This document shows, piece by piece, positions 20,201 to 28,993 of a DNA stretch of 64,000 bases. Position 1 is the stretch's first letter. Each line of letters opens with the position of its first letter. The notes beneath the pieces are model-generated. The model was not told where the DNA came from. It searched no databases and saw nothing but the letters and a program-made list of their open reading frames with translations. The stretch is taken from contig OZ241981.1 in NCBI GenBank assembly GCA_965204345.1, positions 1,280,001 to 1,344,000 on the forward strand, read 5' to 3'. Origin of the DNA: Nitrosopumilus sp. (GTDB taxonomy: Archaea; Thermoproteota; Nitrososphaeria; Nitrososphaerales; Nitrosopumilaceae). Position numbers and translations under genes: made by a program.

Positions 20201-20942
20201 CCTCTACCTCTTTTGCCCTCTCTAATATCAAATCAATCATCTTTTGATCAGTTCCTATATGCTTTGTGATGTATGTATTTTTAATGGTGGATTTTTCAAT
20301 TGCAGGAATCAAGTCATTATTAATGTCAGTTTTAACATGTGCACCTTCATGAAGAAAATAAAACACGATTATCAATATCTTGGGATTGTCTTTCTCACAT
20401 TTTTTAATTCCTTCAAAAATATCAGGCTGTTCTATTTCCAACCAACATCTACTAACATTTCTGTACGAGTCTGTCAGCTCATTTACAATGTAATCCAATG
20501 ATCTCTGTGCATTTGGATCCTTACTTCCATGTCCAATGATCATCACATCTATTTCATTATTTGAAAGCGTGATTCTATTCTCTTTTAGTGTCGTAGATAT
20601 TCTGTTTTCAACAACATCTACCAAAGTTTTATGCATGCTCATCTGCTTTGTAACTACAAATTTCACCTTGGTATCTTTTTGATATTTCATTACTTCTGTG
20701 ACTGCGTTTTTTACTTTTTTACCCGGATACAGAAAATAGGGAACTATAGTTAGGGAGTCGATATCCTGATTTAGACACTTGGGAATCCCATCTTCAATAT
20801 ATGGAGGTTCAACCTCTAGAAAACAAAAATCTGTAAAAACATAATCCCCCTTTGCCTGGATTCCTTGGCAAATTACGTCTAATTCCTCAGACGCTTCTCT
20901 TTCTCTACTTCCTCTGTCAATTAGCAGTAATCCTCGTTTCAA
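20190..20942 (-). CDS. cbiX: Two-domain CbiX/SirB-type sirohydrochlorin cobaltochelatase
   Basis: Duplicated CbiX fold; GHGSKD and HEGAHV in the C-terminal half; lies within the cbi operon. Confidence 0.85.
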   Translation of the reverse strand: MKRGLLLIDRGSREREASEELDVICQGIQAKGDYVFTDFCFLEVEPPYIEDGIPKCLNQDIDSLTIVPYFLYPGKKVKNAVTEVMKYQKDTKVKFVVTKQMSMHKTLVDVVENRISTTLKENRITLSNNEIDVMIIGHGSKDPNAQRSLDYIVNELTDSYRNVSRCWLEIEQPDIFEGIKKCEKDNPKILIIVFYFLHEGAHVKTDINNDLIPAIEKSTIKNTYITKHIGTDQKMIDLILERAKEVEDAN

Positions 20943-21991
20943 TTCACAATCCTCGCTATAGCTATGGTCAAATTTGGCGGGAATTTCTGCTTTTCTACTA
21001 TTAGTTGGCCTCCGGATATCTTGATGGCAGCAGCTTCTGAAACACTTGCAGTTCCTTCAAATGCCTTTACTGTTTCAGAAGGATTTGGAGCGGAAATCTC
21101 TGCCAGATCTTCTCTGTTTACATATTCTACTGGAATTTTCATTTCTTTTCCAAGATCTATTAGCCCTTGCACATCTTCAGGTTTTTTTATTGATACCAAC
21201 TTTGTAATTGACTTTGAACTTAGTCTGAATTTCTCTAGGCAAAATTCAATCCCTTCTCTAATGGTCTCTTTTGTAGTATCCCAATGCAATCCAATCCCAA
21301 TAACCAAACTTGGCGGACGGTAAATTACAGATTTCTTGCCTGTTTCATCATCAATCAGCTTGTCAGAAATTATAAGATGAGCTCTTGAATTTGATTTTTT
21401 TAATTCTTCCATGGTCTTATAATTTACAACGTTTTTTGGTAATTTTTTATACCAATTTTTTTCCCCCGCTTCTTGAAATATGCCTATTGGCTCTTCATTT
21501 ACCATGTGTGCACTAATTTCTGTTATAGTGGAGTCATCCTCAATTTTCCACCCAAATTCTCTTCCTACAAGGTCAACTGCAATTGTTTTATTTACATCAG
21601 CTGCTGTTGTAATTACCGATAAAGCTCCTATTTTTTCTGCAATTTCCTCAGCAAGTTCATTTGCTCCCCCTATATGTCCAGACAAGACACTAATTACAAA
21701 ATTTGATTTGTCATCAATAACGATTACTGCCGGATCTGTTTTTTTATCTTTTAGATATGGAGCAATCAGTCTAATTACTGCACCTAATGAAAAAATACAG
21801 ATTAATGCATTGTTATTTTTGAAAAGTTCAATAATCTTCTCTGTTGTAGGCTCAGAATACCACGTAATTCCTGCTACTTGAGTTGTTAATTTTGAGGGAG
21901 CAAACACCTTCCAATCCGGAAATAATTTTTTTAGATTTTTTCCAATATTTACCCCGTTTTTAGTAATAGCTAAAACTGAAATTTTTTCCAT
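20939..21991 (-). CDS. cbiG: Cobalt-precorrin-5A hydrolase
   Basis: KDKKTDPAV, LSGHIGGAN, ITTAAD, SVSEAAA; alternative TTG start at 21997. Confidence 0.92.
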   Translation of the reverse strand: MEKISVLAITKNGVNIGKNLKKLFPDWKVFAPSKLTTQVAGITWYSEPTTEKIIELFKNNNALICIFSLGAVIRLIAPYLKDKKTDPAVIVIDDKSNFVISVLSGHIGGANELAEEIAEKIGALSVITTAADVNKTIAVDLVGREFGWKIEDDSTITEISAHMVNEEPIGIFQEAGEKNWYKKLPKNVVNYKTMEELKKSNSRAHLIISDKLIDDETGKKSVIYRPPSLVIGIGLHWDTTKETIREGIEFCLEKFRLSSKSITKLVSIKKPEDVQGLIDLGKEMKIPVEYVNREDLAEISAPNPSETVKAFEGTASVSEAAAIKISGGQLIVEKQKFPPNLTIAIARIVN

Positions 21992-22022
21992 AATCAAAAT
22001 TTTCTAACTTTAATAAAATACC

Positions 22023-23126
22023 TTACTGTTCAGATTTTCTCGCCAAAATATTCCCTTTAAAATCAAACAATATTACATCAATTGAAACCTTTTCTTCAGA
22101 ATGTTTTCTCATATGTTTATATGTCTCACTAGAAATTAAATCAAAAAAACCCTCAATTCTATTCTCTTGAATAATTTCCAAAACATGCCTGGCCGTATTT
22201 GCTTTTTTAATACTTTTAATTACATCTTCATTAGCATTACATTTTCTTGCCAATTCTGCTAGAAAACCCATATCCACTTTAGATCCTTTAACATGAGTTT
22301 GTTTTACCCCTGCTGCCATCTTTGCCAGCTTTCCAATGAAACCAACAACATATGCGCCCCTGATATCTTTTCTGCCACATTGTTGAATTGCATATCCTGA
22401 AAAATCACCTATCTGTACAAAACAGTGCTCTGGCAAATCTATCATCTTTTTTGCAAAATCTTCACTTCTTCCACCGGTTGTAAGTACTACTGTATCATTA
22501 CCAGATGCAACTGATACATCCAAATTCTGCCTGATTGATGCTGCATATGCTGCCGTAGAAAATGGAATAACGATTCCACTAGTTCCTAAAATAGAAATCC
22601 CATTTACAATTCCCAACCTTGGATTGTCTGTTTTAGGTCCTAGCTCCTTGCCCTTGGGCACTGAAATGATTATTTTGATTCCTTTTTCTAAAAGAATTCT
22701 GCCCCCTACCTCTCTCAGATTTTCAATAATCATATTTTTAGGAACCGGATTTATGGCAGGTTTGTTGATTTCCAAACCTAATCCCGGCTTGGTTACTATT
22801 CCTACTCCCTTGCCTCCATCAATCTCAATCTCATTTATTTTTTCGGTAAATAACAATTCCACAATAACTTCCGCGCCATGAGTGACATCCGGATCGTCGC
22901 CTCCATCTTTAATCACCGAACATTTTGCTTTGTCCAGTTCAAATTTACACGAATAAATTGGAATTTGAATATAGGATCTTTTTGGTAATAAAATATCCAC
23001 ATTCTCTATTTTTTCCTGATTGATTATTGATAATAAAGCAGCTTTTGCAGCTGCTGTAGCAGAACTTCCTGTAGTGTATCCTGTCTTCAGTTTTGTTTCT
23101 TCTTCTTTCACATTAACTATGTTCAT
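22023..23126 (-). CDS. cbiD: Cobalt-precorrin-5B C1-methyltransferase
   Basis: GYTTGSSATAA, KDGGDDPDVTHG, NPRLGI.NGISILGTSG. Confidence 0.95.
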   Translation of the reverse strand: MNIVNVKEEETKLKTGYTTGSSATAAAKAALLSIINQEKIENVDILLPKRSYIQIPIYSCKFELDKAKCSVIKDGGDDPDVTHGAEVIVELLFTEKINEIEIDGGKGVGIVTKPGLGLEINKPAINPVPKNMIIENLREVGGRILLEKGIKIIISVPKGKELGPKTDNPRLGIVNGISILGTSGIVIPFSTAAYAASIRQNLDVSVASGNDTVVLTTGGRSEDFAKKMIDLPEHCFVQIGDFSGYAIQQCGRKDIRGAYVVGFIGKLAKMAAGVKQTHVKGSKVDMGFLAELARKCNANEDVIKSIKKANTARHVLEIIQENRIEGFFDLISSETYKHMRKHSEEKVSIDVILFDFKGNILARKSEQ

Positions 23127-23205
23127 TTTGCAGTATTAACTCTTATTTCATAATTTTTCAAAATAACTCAAATAGATTTAAAATTAAAACAAACTTGGTT
23201 ATATT

Positions 23206-24075
23206 ATGGCTAAATCCCCAAAGATTGTTGTTACTGGTGCTAGTGGTTTTATTGCAAGGAATCTTCGAAAATATCTATCAGAAAAAAATGTTGAGCTAGT
23301 TTCAATATCTAGAAAAGATTTTAAGAATTTTGAATATGAAACCAAAATTATCTCAAAAAATTATAAAGAAAAAATTATACCTAAAAAAATTCAAAACTCA
23401 GATGCCATAATCCATCTCATTGGAATAGGAAAACAATCTGTGGATACTGACTATGATATGATAAATACTAATTTAACAAAACATATTGTAAGCCTAAGTA
23501 AGAAAGCCAGAATAAAAAAAATCGTTTTTTTGAGCGGCTTGGGCGTATCTTCCAATACGTCTTTAGGGTATTTTATTTCAAAATATAATGCAGAAAAACA
23601 AATTATTAATTCTAGATTAGACTTTACAATTTTTAGACCGTCATACATTGTTGGAAATGATGATTTGTTGTCCAAAATTCTAAAAAAACAAATCAAGTCC
23701 GGGGAAATTATAATTCCGGGTTCTGGAAACTATTCCATTCAGCCAATTCACATATCTGACGTTGTAAAAATTCTCTTTGAATCTGTACTACAACACAGAT
23801 TTAAAAATAAAACTATTGATCTTGTTGGGCCTGATCATGTAACTTTTGAAAAATATGTCAAACTTTTTTCAAAGGGAAAAAAAATCAAAATTAAAAGAAT
23901 CAATCTTGAGGATGCATATCATAATGCAATAACAAGTCCAAAGTCTGATTTTGGAATTGACGATCTTAATATTCTAATTGGTAATTTTAAAGGAAATTAC
24001 AAAAGATTGTCTAAAATATCCAAAATTAATTTTCAATCTGTCTTAGAATTATTACAGTCCGACAGATTGCTTTAA
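23206..24075 (+). CDS. Atypical SDR / NAD-dependent epimerase (NDUFA9-like)
   Basis: TGASGFIA Rossmann motif, [20 protein letters not shown]. Confidence 0.8.
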   Translation: MAKSPKIVVTGASGFIARNLRKYLSEKNVELVSISRKDFKNFEYETKIISKNYKEKIIPKKIQNSDAIIHLIGIGKQSVDTDYDMINTNLTKHIVSLSKKARIKKIVFLSGLGVSSNTSLGYFISKYNAEKQIINSRLDFTIFRPSYIVGNDDLLSKILKKQIKSGEIIIPGSGNYSIQPIHISDVVKILFESVLQHRFKNKTIDLVGPDHVTFEKYVKLFSKGKKIKIKRINLEDAYHNAITSPKSDFGIDDLNILIGNFKGNYKRLSKISKINFQSVLELLQSDRLL

Positions 24076-25218
24076 TGTTTCAGATTTGTCTGTTTTTTCC
24101 CAAGTAAACTCGGGCTCATTTCTTCCAAAATGGCCATAGGCTGCCGTTTTTTTGTATATTGGCCTCTTTAAATCAAGTTGTGCAATAATTCCAGACGGTT
24201 TCATATCAAAGTTTTTCCTAACTAAATCTTCAATTTGGTTTTCTGGAATTTTGTTTGTTCCAAATGTATTAACATAAAGTGATACTGGTTCTGCCACTCC
24301 AATTGCATATGCAAGTTGTACCTCACATCTGTCAGCTAATTTTGCAGCAACCAAATTTTTCGCAATATATCTACACATGTAACAGGCTGATCTGTCTACT
24401 TTGGACGGATCTTTTCCTGAAAAGGCTCCTCCTCCATGTCTTCCGAATCCACCATAGCTATCAACAATGATCTTTCTTCCAGTCAACCCTGCATCTCCAT
24501 GCGGACCGCCAATCACAAATTTACCTGTGGGGTTTATGTGAATTTTAATATCCTCATTCCAATGGTTTCCTAAGATTGGCTTGATTACCTTATCGATAAT
24601 CTCCCTTGAAATTTCACCCTGAGAAATATTTGGAGCATGTTGTGTTGATATGACTATTGTTTCAATCCTGGTTGGCTTGTTATCTTCGTATCGTACGGAT
24701 ACCTGAGATTTTCCATCTGGTCTAACCCATGGCAAAGACTGGTCTCTTCTTACCTGAGATAATTTCTGAATCAATTTATGTGCAAATAAAATTGGCATTG
24801 GCATTAATTCTTCAGTTTCATTTGTTGCATAACCAAACATTAAGCCCTGATCACCTGCTCCTTGCTCCTTGCTTTCAGTAGCGGTAACCCCCTGACTGAT
24901 GTCTGGGCTTTGTGAATGAAGTTTTAAATCAACCTTACACGTATCGCCATCAAACATCAAATCTTTATTATTATACCCAATTTCTCTTATTGTTTTTCTC
25001 ACTAATTCTTCTTGAGCCGTTTGGTCAAAAGCTGCATTTGATGTGACTTCTCCTGATACTATTACATAATCTGTTGTAACCATTGTTTCAACTGCAACTC
25101 TGGAATTTGGATCCTGTCTAAGATATTCGTCTAAAAATGCATCAGAAATATTATCACATACTTTGTCTGGATGTCCTTCTGTTACTGACTCTGAAGTAAA
25201 TAGAAAATTATTGCCCAT
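24052..25218 (-). CDS. metK: Methionine adenosyltransferase, bacterial/eukaryal type
   Basis: [28 protein letters not shown] signatures. Confidence 0.97.
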   Translation of the reverse strand: MGNNFLFTSESVTEGHPDKVCDNISDAFLDEYLRQDPNSRVAVETMVTTDYVIVSGEVTSNAAFDQTAQEELVRKTIREIGYNNKDLMFDGDTCKVDLKLHSQSPDISQGVTATESKEQGAGDQGLMFGYATNETEELMPMPILFAHKLIQKLSQVRRDQSLPWVRPDGKSQVSVRYEDNKPTRIETIVISTQHAPNISQGEISREIIDKVIKPILGNHWNEDIKIHINPTGKFVIGGPHGDAGLTGRKIIVDSYGGFGRHGGGAFSGKDPSKVDRSACYMCRYIAKNLVAAKLADRCEVQLAYAIGVAEPVSLYVNTFGTNKIPENQIEDLVRKNFDMKPSGIIAQLDLKRPIYKKTAAYGHFGRNEPEFTWEKTDKSETLKQSVGL

Positions 25219-25235
25219 AAAACCGCACCACTAAA

Positions 25236-25484
25236 CTAGAGTTCATTTTCTAGTTTGATAAATAATACATTATTTCCTCTTACGATAACCCTACCGTAAT
25301 TGGCAATTGTTTTACCATCATGAATCTCTTCGGCATCAGTCATAATCAAATTCATATAGGAATCGACATTATCCATCTTTCCTTTGTATTCAATTTCATT
25401 TTTCAGTCTTACAGTAACTTTCTTCTTGGTACTTTTTTGAAGAGTTGTTAGAGGTCTTTTTGCACTATTTGATTGGGACACCAA
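25236..25484 (-). CDS. Sm-like archaeal protein (SmAP/Lsm)
   Basis: Sm1 (YKGKMDNVDSYMNLIM) and Sm2 (IVRGNNV) motifs. Confidence 0.92.
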   Translation of the reverse strand: MVSQSNSAKRPLTTLQKSTKKKVTVRLKNEIEYKGKMDNVDSYMNLIMTDAEEIHDGKTIANYGRVIVRGNNVLFIKLENEL

Positions 25485-25588
25485 TTGTTCACTTGTTTTG
25501 CAACTTTGTTATCTAGCATAAAAGCCTTGCCTCTTTTCTAAATATTGAAATTCCTTAAATTTTTTCTTCTTTTTCTAATAATATACAA

Positions 25589-26251
25589 ATGATCTCTACT
25601 GGATTACAAAAATTAGACAAATTCTTGTCTGGGGGAATACCTCATAGTGTAATTGTAGATATTTTTGGTGGAAATGGAACTGGAAAGACGCTTCTCTTAC
25701 TGCAGTTGTTAATAAATTCAATAAAAGATGGTGGCGGAAATGTTTTGTATTTGGATACAACCGGAGGATTTAGACCAGAACGAATTTTAGAAATTCAAAA
25801 AGAATCTCAAATTGAAATTAACTTACTTGAAAAAATAACAGTATCTCGGATTACAAACACCTCAGAGCAAATCCAATCAATTAGCAATATAGAAGAAAAG
25901 AATTTTTCATTAATAGTAATTGATAATATCACTGATTTATTTTCATACGAGTATCAGAGAGACGAATTAGCTTTTGAAAAAAATTTAATATTTATGAAGT
26001 ATATGCATCGATTGGCAAATTTAGCAATCACAAAAAAAATTCCCATCATTATTACTAATATGATTCGGACAAGAGACGGTAATGAAGTTGAAAACATGCA
26101 AAATGCTATTGATCCCTTTACTCATATCAAAATTCATCTTTTTAGAAATTCATCCAAATTCCACGGTGAGATCTATTGGGCATTAGAAAAAGAATTTTTT
26201 AGTTATACTATTACCAAGCTTGGTCTTTCTGATAATCCTGAAGATTTTTAA
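25589..26251 (+). CDS. RadA/RadB-like recombinase paralogue lacking the N-terminal domain
   Basis: ISTGLQKLDKFLSGG, Walker A GGNGTGKT, YLDTTGGFRPERI, LIVID, ITN. Confidence 0.85.
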   Translation: MISTGLQKLDKFLSGGIPHSVIVDIFGGNGTGKTLLLLQLLINSIKDGGGNVLYLDTTGGFRPERILEIQKESQIEINLLEKITVSRITNTSEQIQSISNIEEKNFSLIVIDNITDLFSYEYQRDELAFEKNLIFMKYMHRLANLAITKKIPIIITNMIRTRDGNEVENMQNAIDPFTHIKIHLFRNSSKFHGEIYWALEKEFFSYTITKLGLSDNPEDF

Positions 26252-26273
26252 TGGTCTACTATTAGGTTAAACA

Positions 26274-26393
26274 ATGGCAGGAATTTTTGATTCAATACCA
26301 ATTATCACTGTTGTTTTGTTTGCATTAGGACTAGTCGGTGTAATTGTTTATGAAAGATCACGATCAAATAATTCAGTCAAATCAACGTCTTAG
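26274..26393 (+). CDS. 39-aa single-pass membrane microprotein
   Basis: Manual translation MAGIFDSIPIITVVLFALGLVGVIVYERSRSNNSVKSTS; hydrophobic span followed by basic residues. Confidence 0.55.
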   Translation: MAGIFDSIPIITVVLFALGLVGVIVYERSRSNNSVKSTS

Positions 26394-26415
26394 TTCTCTG
26401 GTTGGTAAGTTAATT

Positions 26416-26475
26416 GGATTTTCTAAACTAACTGAGATTCAGAAAAAAGCATCCCCGATAATTTTACAAAAAAAG
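26416..26475 (+). pseudogene. 5' remnant of Lhr-type DEAD/DEAH helicase (Q-motif region)
   Basis: Translates GFSKLTEIQKKASPIILQKK (GF..LT.IQ..A Q motif), then loses similarity before Walker A; no start codon. Confidence 0.65.
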
Positions 26476-26807
26476 ACGGTGTGGGTTGGCAAATTTTGGT
26501 GATCCATGCCACAAATCACAGATTAGGAAATCCCTGAATTGGGCTTTGATGAATCATGCTTGTAAATCCAATCCATTTTGTAAATCTGATCCTGCAGGGG
26601 ATTTTTGGTGATCAGATCATTGTTTTGCGCAGAATCTGGCGGTTCAACTCGAGAACAGGATTCCCAGTCATGTTCAATCCGCTCTTCCCGACAAACCTCG
26701 CATACAGAAAATGAAGAAAACACAGCTAAACTGGAACTGTTAGAACTGCAATTTCAAATAAAAAAAGAGGTGGCTTGTTGATTTCCAAGAAACAACTCTT
26801 TGCATCC

Positions 26808-28490
26808 CTACTGTGGATTTGTTATTCTTCCCATGAAGAGAATGTTGTCAGTTTTATCATCTGAAATTATAAAAATAAAGGGACGGTCTGCATGAAAAAC
26901 AGAGGTGTCTTTATTACTTGTATCCCGGTTTGAATTGCGTGAAGTAGCACCAGCTTCCGTGCCTTTTTCATTTACAACAACAAATGTTTTGTGTATTGCT
27001 TGACTGACATGCAGACCATCATTACTGGCAATGCCTGACAAATCAGCTTCTGTGAATTCAAATGCTTCATTTATTCCCAATTTTTGCAATGTCTCTTTTA
27101 GATCATATTCTGCATCAACTTCGAATTTTGGAATTTTTACATCAAGAAATGCGGGATAGAAAAGATTTTTCCACTTAAATAAACTCTCCACAGTCAATGA
27201 CTTTTCCAAAGAATCAAGGCCGTCTTTATCATCTGGAAGCAGAATCAGCATGGATATTCTGTCTCCCTTGTAAGGCATTTTGATAATGCTAAGATCATCT
27301 AGATGAGCAACAAATGCAAAATACATAGGATTGTGCATCATGGGAGTTTTGATTGATTCAGTAGGAGTTATCCAGAAATCATCATCTTGGGTAAGGTGAT
27401 CCTTAAACGGCGAAATCCACATTCCTTTAAAATATATGGCATTTGTAATAACTAGCTTCAAATATGGATCTGGATCCGACGAAAGAATCTCTGTAATCTT
27501 CTCGTTGGTCTTTTCCTTGACCCAGTCATTTACAATGCTGGGGCCATCTGTTTGAAAATCAACTGTGCGGGCCTCTGCATTATAATAGTCATTGACAGTC
27601 CTGGCATACTCTGGATAAGGCACAAAGGAGTTATCTAACCACAATGCGTTGGCTACAGACAACTGGTATTTCGAATCATCAGGATTTAGATCATCGATGA
27701 TATGTTTGAACTGGTCTGTCCTTTTGGTGTAATCTGCAGGAAAGTCAAACGTATTGCCTATCTCATCGGCTGTGTTGCCTGCTGCACCCTCATACAGTAT
27801 GGCAAAAGCATTGTATATGCTCCATGGGGAAAAGAAGATGTTGTCCTTGGATTCTTGTGATATGTCTGAATAGAAGTCCATTGCAAACTGGTTGCTGCCA
27901 TCAATGATTGGTATCTCGTGTATTGTATGGACGGCATCACCATGTATGATGCCAAAATCAACTGCCCATCCACGCTCAACTAATTTCTGGCTTGTGGATG
28001 GTTTTACGCATGCATGAGAGGAATCAGTTTGTTTGAGGATCATTGTCTTATCATCAGAACAGGGAAAGTCATCAAGATATGGTCCAGTGTAAGGAATACA
28101 TTTCTGTCTCCAGTTAGGTGGACATACACCTGGCGTAGCAAAGTCTTCTGTTGGTCCTCCGCTACACATTCCATAGTGAATATTTTGAACAACCAAAGGA
28201 ATGTGATTCTCAGAGTTCTGAAAGTCACGCAGATAATATTCAATGTATGGTATGTCCTCTTGTGGTACAGAACCTGAAACAGTCAATAACTTATCACCAT
28301 CTTCAAACAGACAATTAGTACGTGAATCAGTATATGAGAGATACCCAAGAGGATTCCGGGTTAGATAATTTCTTAAAACATCGTCATCAATTTGTGCATC
28401 TGCAAATGCAGTTGGGATTAATGAAAGTAAAAATGATACTGCAAATATCAGACCTATATCTCTATTCAAGTAACTCTTGAATTGCATCAA
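26808..28490 (-). CDS. Secreted serpin with N-terminal extension
   Basis: Signal peptide (LIPTAFA); serpin motifs NQFAMDFY, NIFFSPWSI, VNDWVKEKTNEKI, NAIYFKGMW, IPKF, EKGTEAGA, FHADRPFIF, ILFMGRI.NP. Confidence 0.93.
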   Translation of the reverse strand: MMQFKSYLNRDIGLIFAVSFLLSLIPTAFADAQIDDDVLRNYLTRNPLGYLSYTDSRTNCLFEDGDKLLTVSGSVPQEDIPYIEYYLRDFQNSENHIPLVVQNIHYGMCSGGPTEDFATPGVCPPNWRQKCIPYTGPYLDDFPCSDDKTMILKQTDSSHACVKPSTSQKLVERGWAVDFGIIHGDAVHTIHEIPIIDGSNQFAMDFYSDISQESKDNIFFSPWSIYNAFAILYEGAAGNTADEIGNTFDFPADYTKRTDQFKHIIDDLNPDDSKYQLSVANALWLDNSFVPYPEYARTVNDYYNAEARTVDFQTDGPSIVNDWVKEKTNEKITEILSSDPDPYLKLVITNAIYFKGMWISPFKDHLTQDDDFWITPTESIKTPMMHNPMYFAFVAHLDDLSIIKMPYKGDRISMLILLPDDKDGLDSLEKSLTVESLFKWKNLFYPAFLDVKIPKFEVDAEYDLKETLQKLGINEAFEFTEADLSGIASNDGLHVSQAIHKTFVVVNEKGTEAGATSRNSNRDTSNKDTSVFHADRPFIFIISDDKTDNILFMGRITNPQ

Positions 28491-28801
28491 TATCTCATCA
28501 TCCTATATAAAAAAAATTAGAGAGACAATTCTATTTATTTATGATCGTTATTATGATAATTTTCTTTTTCTTCTTCACACTTCTATAATTTATTTTGTTG
28601 TTCAATAATTAATACTGCTGCAAATTGAGCATGTTCTTCATGATGAATGTTCAAGATGAATTTAGTCAATGACTCGATATGTTCTTCTTAGGTCATGATC
28701 CACAAATTATTTCCATAAAGGGAGTTTTGATATGTCTAGTAATTTCTTTGAATTTTGATGGATCAGGGGACCTTTTCATGTACTATATTTTCCCCAAGTC
28801 T

Positions 28802-28993
28802 GATCGTGCCTGGAAAGTTGCATCTTTAGTTGAAAATTTTGGAAAAATAGCCATTCACTAGTGTCTGGATATGGCGTTGGTGCATACATGCAGCAAGAAT
28901 TCTAAGAGACATGTAGATACTGAGCACTCATTCAAACAAATCTATCAAGCAGAAAAGACAATATGTTATAACACAAGACTTTGAGATTCTTAA
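28802..28993 (+). pseudogene. 3' remnant of Lhr-type helicase, frameshifted
   Basis: Across several frameshifts reads DRAWKVASLVENFGKIA / SGYGVGA / AARILRDM / VDTEHSFKQIYQAE / RQYVITQDF..DS*, resembling the Lhr-like C-terminal G.GVG...A.RIL...AE..Y..TR.FW pattern (recalled, not searched). Confidence 0.65.

Noticed and set aside
26895-26945. Shifted frame of the serpin loop reads AIQTGIQVIKTPLF, superficially like a hydrophobic RCL
   Set aside because: It would need two compensating frameshifts; no slippery site or homologue evidence is visible, so it is likely chance.
28631-28700. ATGATGA at about 28640 as the C box of another sRNA
   Set aside because: No well-placed CTGA D box, terminal stem or recognisable guide.
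28679-28861. 60-aa ORF as a real gene
   Set aside because: Chimeric frame: the first part is antisense to a decayed ORF and the last part is the helicase remnant.
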